Shown piece by piece: positions 36,363-46,247 of a DNA stretch of 46,496 nt (position 1 is the stretch's first letter; each line of letters begins with the position of its first letter). Both the position numbers and the translations under genes were made by a program. This DNA comes from a virus (lineage: Duplodnaviria > Heunggongvirae > Uroviricota > Caudoviricetes), in IMG/VR virus record IMGVR_UViG_2630968543_000003. One strand, 5' to 3'. The notes below the pieces were generated by a model. That model was not told where the DNA came from. It saw only the letters and a program-made list of their open reading frames with translations, and did not search any database.

Positions 36363-36688
36363 AAACCTTTCGCTGGAAAGTGAAGCCGGATATGGAGGTG
36401 AACTCGCAGCCATCGGTGCGTGAAGTGCGTTTTGGTGACGGGTACTCACAGCGTATGGCGGCAGGGCTGAATGCTGACCTGAAAACATACAGGGTGACGC
36501 TTTCCGTGACCCGGGAGGAGGCCCGGCATCTGGAAGCGTTCCTGGCAGAGCACGGTGGCTGGAAGGCATTTTTGTGGAAGCCACCCTATGCATACCGGCA
36601 GATAAAGGTGACCTGTGCCGGGTGGTCTGCGCGGGTCGGGATGTTGCGCGTTGAGTTCAGCGCGGAGTTTAAGCAGGTGGTGAACTGA
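36359..36688 (+). CDS. M: minor tail protein (gpM-like)
   Basis: 109 aa; position and size as lambda M. Confidence 0.85.
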   Translation: MKTFRWKVKPDMEVNSQPSVREVRFGDGYSQRMAAGLNADLKTYRVTLSVTREEARHLEAFLAEHGGWKAFLWKPPYAYRQIKVTCAGWSARVGMLRVEFSAEFKQVVN

Positions 36689-37386
36689 TGCAGGATATTC
36701 ATGAAGAAAGCCTGAACGAGTCGGTTAAATCAGAGCAGTCACCGCGGGTGGTACTCTGGGAAATCGACCTGACGGTACAGGGCGGTGAGCGGTATTTTTT
36801 CTGTAATGAGCTGAATGAAAAAGGGGAGCCGGTCACCTGGCAGGGGCGTAAGTATGAGGCATACCCGATTGACGGCAGCGGCTTTGAGATGAACGGCCGG
36901 GGCAGCAGTGCCAGACCGTCGCTGACGGTGTCCAATCTGTTCGGTCTGGTCACCGGGATGGCGGAAGACCTGCAGAGTCTGGTGGGGGCCACGGTGGTCC
37001 GCCGCCGGGTGTATGCCCGTTTTCTGGATGCGGTGAATTTCGTTGCGGGCAATCCGGCGGCGGACCCGGAGCAGGAGCTGAGTGACCGCTGGGTGGTGGA
37101 GCAGATGTCGCAGCTGACAGCCATGACGGCCTCGTTTGTGCTGGCCACACCGACCGAGACGGACGGGGCGCTGTTTCCCGGTCGCATCATGCTGGCGAAC
37201 ACCTGTATGTGGGATTACCGGGGAGATGAATGCGGGTATAACGGTCCTGCGGTGGCGGATGAGTTCGACAACCCCACCACGGATATCCGTAAGGACAGAT
37301 GCAGCAAGTGCATGCGCGGGTGTGAACTGCGCAGGAATGTCGGCAATTTTGGCGGTTTCCTTTCCATTAATAAACTTTCGCAGTAA
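36688..37386 (+). CDS. L: minor tail protein (gpL-like)
   Basis: 232 aa; position and size as lambda L; cysteine cluster near the C-terminus. Confidence 0.85.
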   Translation: MQDIHEESLNESVKSEQSPRVVLWEIDLTVQGGERYFFCNELNEKGEPVTWQGRKYEAYPIDGSGFEMNGRGSSARPSLTVSNLFGLVTGMAEDLQSLVGATVVRRRVYARFLDAVNFVAGNPAADPEQELSDRWVVEQMSQLTAMTASFVLATPTETDGALFPGRIMLANTCMWDYRGDECGYNGPAVADEFDNPTTDIRKDRCSKCMRGCELRRNVGNFGGFLSINKLSQ

Positions 37387-37396
37387 ATCCCGGTTT

Positions 37397-38140
37397 ATGA
37401 CACAGACTGAATCAGCGATTCTGGCGCATGCCCGGCGGTGTGCGCCTGCGGAGTCGTGCGGCTTCGTGATAAGCACGCCGGAGGGGGAGTGGTATATCCC
37501 TTGTGTGAATATTTCTGCAGAGCCGGAGGCGTATTTTCGTATCGCACCGGAAGACTGGCTGCGGGCAGAGATGCAGGGGGAGATTGTGGCACTGGTCCAC
37601 AGTCATCCCGGTGGGCTGCCCTGGCTGAGCGAGGCTGACCGGCGGCTGCAGATAAAAAGCGCACTGCCCTGGTGGCTGGTCTGCCGGGGTGACATTCACA
37701 AATTCCGCTGTGTGCCACATCTGACAGGACGGCGCTTTGAGCACGGGGTGACGGACTGTTACACGCTGTTCCGGGATGCTTATCATCTGGCGGGGACTGA
37801 GATGCCGGATTTTCATCGCGAGGATGACTGGTGGCGCAACGGTCAGAACCTTTACCTGGACAATATGGCGGTCACCGGCTTTTACCGGGTGCCCCTGTCC
37901 TCTGCACAGGCGGGCGATATTCTGCTGTGCTGCTTTGGTGCTTCGGTACCGAACCATGCCGCCATTTACTGCGGCAACGGTGAGCTGCTTCACCATCTGC
38001 CTGAACAACTGAGTAAACGGGAGAGGTATTCCGAAAAATGGCAACGACGAACGCATTCAGTCTGGCGTCACCGCCACTGGCACGCATCTGCCTTCACGGG
38101 GATTTACAACGATTTGGCCGCCGCCTCAGCCTGTATGTGA
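37397..38140 (+). CDS. K: tail tip assembly protein (gpK-like)
   Basis: 247 aa from the ATG at 37397 (MTQTESAIL...); HSHPGG metal-binding motif (JAB/MPN-like) and a Cys/His segment consistent with an NlpC/P60-type region. Confidence 0.85.
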   Translation: MTQTESAILAHARRCAPAESCGFVISTPEGEWYIPCVNISAEPEAYFRIAPEDWLRAEMQGEIVALVHSHPGGLPWLSEADRRLQIKSALPWWLVCRGDIHKFRCVPHLTGRRFEHGVTDCYTLFRDAYHLAGTEMPDFHREDDWWRNGQNLYLDNMAVTGFYRVPLSSAQAGDILLCCFGASVPNHAAIYCGNGELLHHLPEQLSKRERYSEKWQRRTHSVWRHRHWHASAFTGIYNDLAAASACM

Positions 38141-38718
38141 ACACGGCAGCGGAAGCCATTCGCGCCCTGTCGATGCAGATGCCGGGCTTTCGCCGTCAGA
38201 TGAACGAAGGCTGGTACCAGATACGTATTGCCGGTTATGACACGGCACCGGAGGCGGTGTACGCCCGTCTTCACGAACAGCTGGGTGAGGGAACGGTCAT
38301 CCACATTGTGCCGCGACTGGCCGGGGCCGGAAAGGGTGGACTGCAGATTGTGCTGGGGGCGGCAGCCATCGTGGGCTCTTTCTTCACTGCCGGGGCATCA
38401 ATGGCGTTATGGGGTTCAGCCCTGGCAGCCGGTGGTTTTTCTGCCACCACGATGCTGTTTTCACTTGGAGCCAGCATGATTCTGGGCGGTGTGGCACAGA
38501 TGCTGGCCCCGAAGGCAAAAACACCGGATTACCGCGTAACGGATAACGGCAGACAGAACACGTACTTTTCCTCGCTGGATAACATGATTGCCCAGGGGAA
38601 CCCGATGCCGGTGCCTTACGGGGAAATGCTGGTTGGCTCCCGCCGTATATCCCAGGACATCAGCACCCGTGATGAAGGCGGGGGCGGAAAGGTCGTGGTT
38701 ATCGGGCGGCAGGGGTAA
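38038..38718 (+). CDS. I: tail tip assembly protein (gpI-like)
   Basis: 226 aa; overlaps the K end as in lambda; Gly/Ala-rich hydrophobic central region. Confidence 0.85.
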   Translation: MATTNAFSLASPPLARICLHGDLQRFGRRLSLYVNTAAEAIRALSMQMPGFRRQMNEGWYQIRIAGYDTAPEAVYARLHEQLGEGTVIHIVPRLAGAGKGGLQIVLGAAAIVGSFFTAGASMALWGSALAAGGFSATTMLFSLGASMILGGVAQMLAPKAKTPDYRVTDNGRQNTYFSSLDNMIAQGNPMPVPYGEMLVGSRRISQDISTRDEGGGGKVVVIGRQG

Positions 38719-38721
38719 AAA

Positions 38722-38822
38722 GAATAAAAAAATCCCGCAGTGATCGCGGACAGGAACTGCGGGAGAGTTACGAAGATTAAGTGTAAGGAATTATTCTTAT
38801 ATCACGACAAAAAAATTAACGC
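38722..38822 (-). ncRNA. candidate small RNA (about 100 nt) encoded antisense to the tail operon in the I-J gap
   Basis: Minus-strand -35 TTCACA (38851-38856) and -10 TATAAT (38829-38834) with 16-bp spacing; no ORF; ends at stem CCCGCAG/CTGCGGG (38734-38763) followed by a U-rich tail. Confidence 0.4.
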
Positions 38823-38828
38823 AGAGAA

Positions 38829-38856
38829 ATTATACGCGCCACAGTCAGTTTGTGAA
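38829..38856 (-). promoter_or_regulatory. near-consensus sigma70 promoter for the candidate sRNA
   Basis: -35 TTCACA (5 of 6 to TTGACA), 16-bp spacer, -10 TATAAT (6 of 6). Confidence 0.45.
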
Positions 38857-38931
38857 AATGTGAAGATATTCAGAATTTTTATGCCATTACCGGTTTTAAC
38901 CAACAGGATTATCGGTGGGCATGAAAGAAAA

Positions 38932-38964
38932 CCCCGGTATCTGCTGATACCGGGGTTTCTCTTT
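38932..38964. terminator. bidirectional intrinsic terminator in the I-J gap
   Basis: Perfect 10-bp stem CCCCGGTATC/GATACCGGGG with 4-nt loop, A-rich upstream and TTTCTCTTT downstream. Confidence 0.5.
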
Positions 38965-39061
38965 AGCATGGCAGAAATGTGTTTCATGCTTTTCGGGCGA
39001 AGGATATCCGACTTCTGTACGGAATGGCAAGTGGCGGTTAATTTATTCAGGGGAAGGCTGT

Positions 39062-42000
39062 ATGGGAAAAGGTGGCGGTAAGGCACACACGCCTCGCGAG
39101 GCGAAGGATAATCTCAAATCCACGCAGATGATGAGTGTGATTGATGCGATTGGTGAGGGACCGATAGAAGGTCCGGTGAAGGGACTGCAGAGTATTCTGG
39201 TGAACAAAACCCCGCTGACGGACACGGACGGTAATCCCGTGATACACGGTGTGACTGCGGTCTGGCGTGCCGGGGAGCAGGAGCAGACACCACCGGAAGG
39301 CTTTGAGTCCTCCGGAGCTGAAACCGGACTGGGCGTGGAAGTGACGAAGGCAAAGCCGGTGACGCGCACCATTACGTCCGCGAACATTGACCGCCTGCGG
39401 GTTACCTTCGGAGTGCAGTCACTGGTGCAGACCACGTCAAAGGGCGACCGTAATCCTTCCTCTGTCCGGATTCTGATTCAGTTACAGCGTAATGGCCGCT
39501 GGGTGACGGAAAAGGACGTCACCATTAACGGCAAGACCACCTCACAGTTCCTGGCCTCGGTGATTCTGGATAATCTGCCTCCCCGGCCCTTTAACATCCG
39601 GATGGTCAGGGAGACGGCGGACAGCACCACGGACCAGCTGCAGAATAAGACGCTGTGGTCGTCATACACTGAAATCATCGATGTGAAACAGTGCTACCCG
39701 AACACGGCCATTGTGGGGCTGCAGGTGGATGCGGAGCAGTTCGGCGGCCAGCAGATGACGGTGAACTACCATATCCGCGGTCGCATCATCCAGGTGCCGT
39801 CAAACTATGACCCGGTAAAACGCACGTACAGTGGTATCTGGGACGGCAGTCTGAAACCGGCATACAGCAACAACCCGGCCTGGTGCCTGTGGGACATGCT
39901 GACTCACCCGCGCTACGGCATGGGAAAACGTCTGGGGGCGGCGGATGTGGACAAGTGGGCGCTGTATGCCATCGGGCAGTACTGCGACCAGACGGTCCCG
40001 GATGGTTTCGGGGGGACCGAGCCGCGGATGACCTTTAATGCGTACCTGGCACAACAGCGTAAGGCGTGGGACGTTCTCAGTGATTTCTGCTCTGCGATGC
40101 GCTGTATGCCGGTATGGAACGGTCAGACGCTGACGTTCGTTCAGGACCGCCCGTCGGATGTGGTGTGGCCGTACACCAACAGCGATGTGGTGGTGGATGA
40201 TAACGGCGTGGGATTCCGCTACAGCTTCAGTGCCCTGAAGGACCGGCACACGGCGGTGGAGGTGAATTACACCGACCCGCAGAACGGCTGGCAGACCTCC
40301 ACGGAACTGGTGGAAGACCCGGAAGCCATACTGCGCTACGGACGCAACCTGCTGAAGATGGACGCGTTCGGCTGTACCAGCCGCGGTCAGGCCCACCGTG
40401 CCGGACTGTGGGTGATAAAGACCGAACTGCTGGAAACGCAGACGGTGGATTTCACGCTCGGGTCTCAGGGGCTGCGGCACACACCCGGTGACATTATTGA
40501 AATCTGTGATAATGACTATGCCGGGACCCTGACCGGCGGACGTGTCCTGTCCATTGATGCTGCCACCCGCACCCTGACGCTGGACCGTGAGGTTACCCTG
40601 CCGGAGACAGGTACATCGGCGGTGAACCTGATTAACGGCAGCGGTAAGCCGGTGAGTGTGGACATCACCGCACACCCCGCGCCGGACCGGATACAGGTCA
40701 GTACCCTGCCTGATGGTGTGGAGACATACGGGGTGTGGGGACTCTCCCTGCCGTCACTGCGTCGTCGCCTGTTCCGCTGTGTCTCCATCCGGGAAAACAC
40801 GGACGGCACGTTCGCCATCACGGCGGTGCAGCACGTACCGGAAAAAGAAGCCATTGTGGATAACGGGGCCAGCTTTGAGCCGCAGTCAGGCAGCCTGAAC
40901 AGCGTTATCCCACCGGCAGTGCAGCACCTGACGGTGGAGGTGAGTGCAGCTGACGGTCAGTATCTGGCACAGGCGAAATGGGACACGCCGCGGGTGGTGA
41001 AGGGTGTGCGCTTCAGTCTGCGTCTGACCAGCGGAAGCGGAGAAGACAGCCGTCTGGTGAGCACCGCCATCACCGCAGACACGGAGCACCGTTTCAGTGG
41101 TCTGCCGCTGGGGGAATACACCCTGACGGTGCGGGCCATTAACAGCTACGGCCAGCAGGGCGAACCTGCGACCACCACCTTCCGGATTAACGCGCCTGCA
41201 AAACCCGCCACCATTGAGCTGACGCCGGGGTATTTTCAGATAACGGCGGTCCCGCGTCTTGCGGTGTATGACCCGACGGTACAGTTTGAATTCTGGTTCT
41301 CAGAAAAACGCATCACGAACACGGCACAGGTGGAAAAATCTGCCCGTTATCTGGGGACCGGCAGTCAGTGGACTGTCCAGGGGAGCCGGATTAAGCCGGG
41401 GACGGATTTCTGGTTTTACGTGCGAAGCGTCAACCTGGTGGGAAAATCTGCTTTTGTGGAAGCCAGCGGGCAGCCCAGCAATGATGGTGAAGGGTATCTG
41501 GAATTTTTCCGGGGGCTGATAGATGAGACGCTTCTGGGCCAGGCACTGAAAGAGCGCATTGATGCTTCAGCGCTGCGTACGGAGGTCACGCAACTGGAAG
41601 AAGACATCCGTCAGCGGATGGACACGGATATCGCAGAAGTGACCCGGAAAATCGGGAAGGCGGAAAACAGCCTCACGCAGCTGGTTGCGAAAAAGAATGA
41701 GGACCAGACACTGGCCATCGCGCAGGTGAGCCAGAAAGTGGACCGGGTGAGCAGTGAAATCTCACAGACTGTCAGCCAGGGGCAGTCAGAAAACGCCCGA
41801 CAGATAGCACAGGTCCGCCAGTACGTGGATAAAAAAGGGAGTGAAATTACCTCGACCACGGATAAAAAGCTGGGTGACCAGGCCGTGACCATACAGCAAA
41901 TCCAGCGGGTTCAGTCAGACACGCGCAATGAGCTGAATGCCATGTATATGCTGAAGGTGCAGAAAACAAAAAACGGTATTCCCTATGTGGCCGGGATTGG

Positions 42001-42754
42001 CGCGGGGATTGAGGATGTTGATGGTCAGACCCTGAGTAACATTCTGCTGCAGGCCGATCGCATTGCGATGATTACCCCGGAGAACGGCAACACCACGCCG
42101 CTGTTTGTGGCGCAGGGGAATCAGCTGTTCATGAACGACGTGTTCCTGAAGCGACTGTTTGCGGTGAGCATCACGTCATCCGGCAATCCTCCGACGTTTT
42201 CCCTGACGCCGGATGGCAGGCTGACAGCCCGCAATGCGGATATCAGTGGAGCCATCACGGCGAATACCGGCACGCTCAATAATGTCACCATTAACGAGAA
42301 CTGTGTCATCAGAGGGAAACTGTCTGCAAACCAGATTGAAGGCGATCTCGTTAAAACAGTGGGTAAGGCTTTCCCCCGTGACTCCCGTGCACCGGAGCGT
42401 TGGCCATCAGGAACCATTACCGTCAGGGTTTATGACGATCAGCCGTTTAACCGGCAGATTGTTATTCCGGCGGTGGCTTTCAGCGGTGCCAGACATGAGC
42501 GGGAGAACAGCGATACTTATTCGTCATGCCGCCTGATAGTACGGAAAAACGGTGCTGAAATTTATAACCGTACCGCGCTGGATAATACGCTGATTTACAG
42601 TGGTGTTATTGATATGCCTGCTGGTCGCGGCGACATGACGCTGGAGTTTTCTGTATCAGCATGGTGGGTAAATGGCTGGTATCCCACAGCAAGTATCAGC
42701 GATTTGCTGGTTGTTGTGATGAAGAAAGCCACTGCAGGCATCACGATTAGCTGA
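39062..42754 (+). CDS. J: host specificity / central tail fiber protein (gpJ-like)
   Basis: 1230 aa; position after I; family assigned from size and context. Confidence 0.9.
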   Translation: MGKGGGKAHTPREAKDNLKSTQMMSVIDAIGEGPIEGPVKGLQSILVNKTPLTDTDGNPVIHGVTAVWRAGEQEQTPPEGFESSGAETGLGVEVTKAKPVTRTITSANIDRLRVTFGVQSLVQTTSKGDRNPSSVRILIQLQRNGRWVTEKDVTINGKTTSQFLASVILDNLPPRPFNIRMVRETADSTTDQLQNKTLWSSYTEIIDVKQCYPNTAIVGLQVDAEQFGGQQMTVNYHIRGRIIQVPSNYDPVKRTYSGIWDGSLKPAYSNNPAWCLWDMLTHPRYGMGKRLGAADVDKWALYAIGQYCDQTVPDGFGGTEPRMTFNAYLAQQRKAWDVLSDFCSAMRCMPVWNGQTLTFVQDRPSDVVWPYTNSDVVVDDNGVGFRYSFSALKDRHTAVEVNYTDPQNGWQTSTELVEDPEAILRYGRNLLKMDAFGCTSRGQAHRAGLWVIKTELLETQTVDFTLGSQGLRHTPGDIIEICDNDYAGTLTGGRVLSIDAATRTLTLDREVTLPETGTSAVNLINGSGKPVSVDITAHPAPDRIQVSTLPDGVETYGVWGLSLPSLRRRLFRCVSIRENTDGTFAITAVQHVPEKEAIVDNGASFEPQSGSLNSVIPPAVQHLTVEVSAADGQYLAQAKWDTPRVVKGVRFSLRLTSGSGEDSRLVSTAITADTEHRFSGLPLGEYTLTVRAINSYGQQGEPATTTFRINAPAKPATIELTPGYFQITAVPRLAVYDPTVQFEFWFSEKRITNTAQVEKSARYLGTGSQWTVQGSRIKPGTDFWFYVRSVNLVGKSAFVEASGQPSNDGEGYLEFFRGLIDETLLGQALKERIDASALRTEVTQLEEDIRQRMDTDIAEVTRKIGKAENSLTQLVAKKNEDQTLAIAQVSQKVDRVSSEISQTVSQGQSENARQIAQVRQYVDKKGSEITSTTDKKLGDQAVTIQQIQRVQSDTRNELNAMYMLKVQKTKNGIPYVAGIGAGIEDVDGQTLSNILLQADRIAMITPENGNTTPLFVAQGNQLFMNDVFLKRLFAVSITSSGNPPTFSLTPDGRLTARNADISGAITANTGTLNNVTINENCVIRGKLSANQIEGDLVKTVGKAFPRDSRAPERWPSGTITVRVYDDQPFNRQIVIPAVAFSGARHERENSDTYSSCRLIVRKNGAEIYNRTALDNTLIYSGVIDMPAGRGDMTLEFSVSAWWVNGWYPTASISDLLVVVMKKATAGITIS

Positions 42755-42773
42755 ATTTTATAACCCCAATACG

Positions 42774-42798
42774 GGCGCCAGAAATGGCGCCTTTTTTA
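42774..42798 (+). terminator. intrinsic terminator after J
   Basis: Stem GGCGCCA/TGGCGCC with GAAA loop, followed by TTTTTTATT. Confidence 0.6.
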
Positions 42799-42821
42799 TT
42801 GCAGAAAAGCGAGAGGTAATT

Positions 42822-43421
42822 ATGCGTAAATTATGTGCTGTTATTCTGTCCGCAGTAGTCTGGCTGGTTGCCGCTGGTACGCCAGCGAGCGCAGCAGAGC
42901 ATCAGTCCACACTAAGCGCCGGGTATCTTCAGACCCACACTGATATGCCAGGCAGCGATAATCTGAACGGGATTAACGTGAAATACCGTTATGAGTTTAC
43001 GGACGCGCTGGGGCTGATTACGTCCTTCAGTTATGCCAATGCTGAGGATGAGCAAAAAACGCACTACAGCGATACCCGCTGGCATGAAGATTCAGTGCGT
43101 AACCGCTGGTTCAGCGTGATGGCGGGGCCATCTGTACGCGTGAATGAATGGTTCAGTGCTTATGCGATGGCAGGTGTGGCTTACAGCCGTGTGTCGACGT
43201 TCTCCGGGGATTATCTCCGCGTAACTGACAACAAGGGGAAAACGCACGATGTGCTGACCGGAAGTGATGACGGTCGCCACAGCAACACGTCTCTGGCGTG
43301 GGGGGCTGGCGTGCAGTTTAACCCGACCGAATCCGTGGCCATTGATATTGCTTATGAAGGCTCCGGCAGTGGTGACTGGCGCACTGACGGTTTCATCGTG
43401 GGTGTCGGTTATAAATTCTGA
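42822..43421 (+). CDS. lom: Lom-like outer membrane protein (Ail/Lom family)
   Basis: 199 aa; signal peptide; beta-barrel alternating pattern; C-terminal GVGYKF; flanked by terminators. Confidence 0.85.
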   Translation: MRKLCAVILSAVVWLVAAGTPASAAEHQSTLSAGYLQTHTDMPGSDNLNGINVKYRYEFTDALGLITSFSYANAEDEQKTHYSDTRWHEDSVRNRWFSVMAGPSVRVNEWFSAYAMAGVAYSRVSTFSGDYLRVTDNKGKTHDVLTGSDDGRHSNTSLAWGAGVQFNPTESVAIDIAYEGSGSGDWRTDGFIVGVGYKF

Positions 43422-43447
43422 TTAGCCAGGTAACACAGTGTTATGAC

Positions 43448-43475
43448 AGCCCGCCGGTTCAGGCGGGCTTTTTTG
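43448..43475 (+). terminator. intrinsic terminator after lom
   Basis: Stem AGCCCGCC/GGCGGGCT with 6-nt loop, followed by TTTTTT. Confidence 0.7.
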
Positions 43476-43485
43476 TGGAGTGGAT

Positions 43486-45549
43486 ATGGCAGCAGTAAAA
43501 ATCTCAGGTGTGCTGAAAGATTGTGCGGGAAAACCAATACAGAACTGCACTATTCAACTGAAGGCAAAGCGTAACAGCACCACGGTACTGGTGAACACGG
43601 TGGCCTCTGAAAATCCGGATGAAGCCGGGCGTTACAGCATGGATGTTGAGCATGGCCAGTACAGCGTCATCCTGCTGGTTGAAGGTTTTCCGCCTTCACA
43701 TGCCGGGACCATTACCGTCTATGAAGGCTCCAGACCAGGTACGCTGAATGATTTTCTCGGCGCCATGACGGAGGATGATGTTCGTCCGGAGGCACTGCGC
43801 CGTTTTGAGCTGATGGTGAATGAAGTGGCACGTCATGCCGGAGCGTCATCACAGAGTGCAGCGGCGGCAAAGAAATCCGAAACGGCAGCAGCCTCATCGA
43901 AGAATGCGGCGAAAACCTCAGAAACGAATGCAGCTAACAGCGCACAGGCGGCAGCGGCCTCGCAGACTGCATCGGCAAACTCCGCGACAGCAGCCAAAAA
44001 ATCAGAAACCAGCGCGAAAAATAGCGAGACAGCCACAAAGGCCAGCGAAAAAAACGCAAAATCCAGCCAGACGGCAGCGAAAACCAGTGAGACGAATGCC
44101 AAAGACAGTGAAGCCAACGCAAAGGTGAGCGAAACAGCGGCGGCGAACTCGGCGAAAGCATCGGCAGCAAGCCAGACGGCAGCAAAAGCAAGTGAAGATG
44201 CTGCCAGAGAATACGCAAACCAGACAGCAGAGCCGTACAGATATGTTTTACAGCCGCTGCCGGATGTGTGGATACCCTTTAATGATTCGCTGGATATGAT
44301 TACGGGCTATTCTCCGGGTTATAAAAAAGTGAAGATTGGTGATAATGTGGTTCAGGTTGCCAGTGATAAACAGGTTAATTTCAGTCGCGCATCAACGGCA
44401 ACATATATCAACAAATCTGGCGAACTGAAAACGGCGGAAATTAATGAGCCACGATTTGAAAAAGAAGGTTTATTGATTGAAGGTCAGCGAACCAACTACA
44501 TGTTGAATTCAGCAACTCCAGCTTCTTGGGGTAAATCTGCAAATATGAATGTCGCTGAGGTTGGAACTGATAGTTTTGGTTTTACTTATGGAAAGTTTGT
44601 TTGTAATGAATCATTAATTGGGCAAAGTACAACCCTTAATATGGCAGTAGTTTCAACCTCGGGGGCTGTCGATGTATCAGGCGATAATAAGTGTGTGACG
44701 ACATCGTGCAGATTTAAAACGGATTTGGAACTCCTGTTAAGGATCAGGTTTGAAGCCTTCGATGGCAGCGCTTCATCTAATCTTGGATATGCCATTGTTA
44801 ATACGCGGTCTTTATTGGTTGAAATCACCGGTGTAGCTGCCGACAGGCTCACCGCACGAGTTAACAAAGATGAAGCTACGGGCTGGATTTTTGTAGAGGC
44901 AACGATTCAAGCAAGTAAAGAAACTTACATAACCTCTGCAATACAATACGCACCAAAAAAAGGTGGTGTCGTTGAATCTGGTGACTATATTTATCTGGCC
45001 ACCCCTCAGGTTGAGGATGGTTCGTGTGTATCATCTTTTATTATATCAGGAACGACGGCGGCGACGCGCGCAAGCGATATGGTTACAGTTCCGATTAAGA
45101 ATAATCTTTATAATCTTCCTTTTACGGTTCTTTGTGAGGTACATAAGAACTGGTATAAAACGCCAAATGCAGCGCCACGTGTTTTTGATACCGGCGGTCA
45201 TCAAACCGGAGCGGCTATTATTCTTGGCTTCGGATCTTCGGCAGATGGGCCAGACGGATTTCCTTATTGCGATATTGGTGGATCAAATAGGCGTGTTAAC
45301 GAAAACGCATCGTTGAAAAAAATGGTTATGGGGATGCGTGTAAAGTCAGATCAGTCTACATGTGCAGTAAGTAACGGGCGTATATCCAGCGAAACAAAAA
45401 CCACATGGGAATATATCCGGAGTACAGCAACCATTCGCATTGGTGGACAAACTACAGCAGGATTACGCCATTTATTTGGGCATGTGAGGAATTTTCGTCT
45501 CTGGCATAAAGAGCTAACAGATGCGCAGCTTGGGGAGGTTGTGGAGTGA
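43486..45549 (+). CDS. stf: side tail fiber protein (Stf-like) with a lectin-like C-terminal domain
   Basis: 687 aa from the ATG at 43486 with GGAG RBS; N-terminus MAAVKISGVLKD...NCTIQLKA; Ser/Glu/Thr/Ala-rich repeat region; C-terminal GHVRNFRLWHKELTDAQLGEV resembles the end of LamG/concanavalin-like domains. Confidence 0.8.
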   Translation: MAAVKISGVLKDCAGKPIQNCTIQLKAKRNSTTVLVNTVASENPDEAGRYSMDVEHGQYSVILLVEGFPPSHAGTITVYEGSRPGTLNDFLGAMTEDDVRPEALRRFELMVNEVARHAGASSQSAAAAKKSETAAASSKNAAKTSETNAANSAQAAAASQTASANSATAAKKSETSAKNSETATKASEKNAKSSQTAAKTSETNAKDSEANAKVSETAAANSAKASAASQTAAKASEDAAREYANQTAEPYRYVLQPLPDVWIPFNDSLDMITGYSPGYKKVKIGDNVVQVASDKQVNFSRASTATYINKSGELKTAEINEPRFEKEGLLIEGQRTNYMLNSATPASWGKSANMNVAEVGTDSFGFTYGKFVCNESLIGQSTTLNMAVVSTSGAVDVSGDNKCVTTSCRFKTDLELLLRIRFEAFDGSASSNLGYAIVNTRSLLVEITGVAADRLTARVNKDEATGWIFVEATIQASKETYITSAIQYAPKKGGVVESGDYIYLATPQVEDGSCVSSFIISGTTAATRASDMVTVPIKNNLYNLPFTVLCEVHKNWYKTPNAAPRVFDTGGHQTGAAIILGFGSSADGPDGFPYCDIGGSNRRVNENASLKKMVMGMRVKSDQSTCAVSNGRISSETKTTWEYIRSTATIRIGGQTTAGLRHLFGHVRNFRLWHKELTDAQLGEVVE

Positions 45550-45824
45550 GAGATTTCACGTTGCGTTTCAGTGATAAAGCAGATTTCAGGGCATTTCTCA
45601 GGAAACTTAACTGGGAAGAGGACGAAGAGCTGCAGAATGCCATTCTGGTTGATGAGATTGGTTTTACGTTCAGTGAGTCAGGTGTTTCTGCTGACGGGGA
45701 GCCTGAATACACGCGAGACGAAGGGTACTTTGTTAATATTCGTCTTCTTGACGATGGCTTTGATGAATCCGTGTTCCGTGAGTGGGTGGTTACACCAGAG
45801 CGCCCGCTCAGGGAGTGGTTTTAA
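45546..45824 (+). CDS. hypothetical protein (92 aa) coupled to the tail fiber gene
   Basis: GTG start overlapping the stf stop (GTGA); acidic; no family recognised. Confidence 0.4.
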   Translation: MRDFTLRFSDKADFRAFLRKLNWEEDEELQNAILVDEIGFTFSESGVSADGEPEYTRDEGYFVNIRLLDDGFDESVFREWVVTPERPLREWF

Positions 45825-45833
45825 GGGGAGCAG

Positions 45834-46130
45834 ATGGATATCACGCCGATACTTCATGCAATTTGTGCAGTAGCCGTGCAGGGGCTGGTCGGGTGCATTA
45901 CCGGTGACTGGGTTTACGGAGCGATAGCGGGTTGTACGTTCTTTATTGCCCGAGAACATACCCAGGCAGAATATCGCTGGATTAAGCGTTTTGGTGATGG
46001 TCACAGACAGAACATGCCGTGGTGGGGCGGTTTTGATCCGCGTGTGTGGAATGTGGCCAGTCTGATGGATTTTGTGGTGCCGGTGGTGGCCTGTGCGGGA
46101 TTGTATGGCTGTATGCTGATTTTTAGCTGA
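45834..46130 (+). CDS. hypothetical membrane protein (98 aa)
   Basis: AAGGGGAG RBS; hydrophobic segments at both ends. Confidence 0.45.
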   Translation: MDITPILHAICAVAVQGLVGCITGDWVYGAIAGCTFFIAREHTQAEYRWIKRFGDGHRQNMPWWGGFDPRVWNVASLMDFVVPVVACAGLYGCMLIFS

Positions 46131-46156
46131 AAAAAAGGGGAGCACTCAGGCTCCCC
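46130..46156 (-). terminator. intrinsic terminator for the DinI-like gene
   Basis: Stem GGGGAGC/GCTCCCC with 6-nt loop; seven A upstream on the plus strand, giving a U-tract on the minus-strand transcript. Confidence 0.55.
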
Positions 46157-46247
46157 AACCAGAAGAAGTCGCTTGAAACGACAAGCTCGTTGTTATGCCT
46201 TTTAAGAATGTCATACAAAACAGGTCATTACAGTGATTATGATCCCG

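Noticed and set aside
38740-39086. ORFs of 113 aa (plus) and 94 aa (minus) in the I-J gap
   Set aside because: Both read straight through the 10-bp terminator hairpin, lack RBSs and overlap the J start; the region fits a non-coding RNA unit better.
43820-44128. 102-aa plus-strand ORF with a highly basic Arg/Gln/Pro-rich translation
   Set aside because: It is an alternative frame of the repetitive tail-fiber shaft region.
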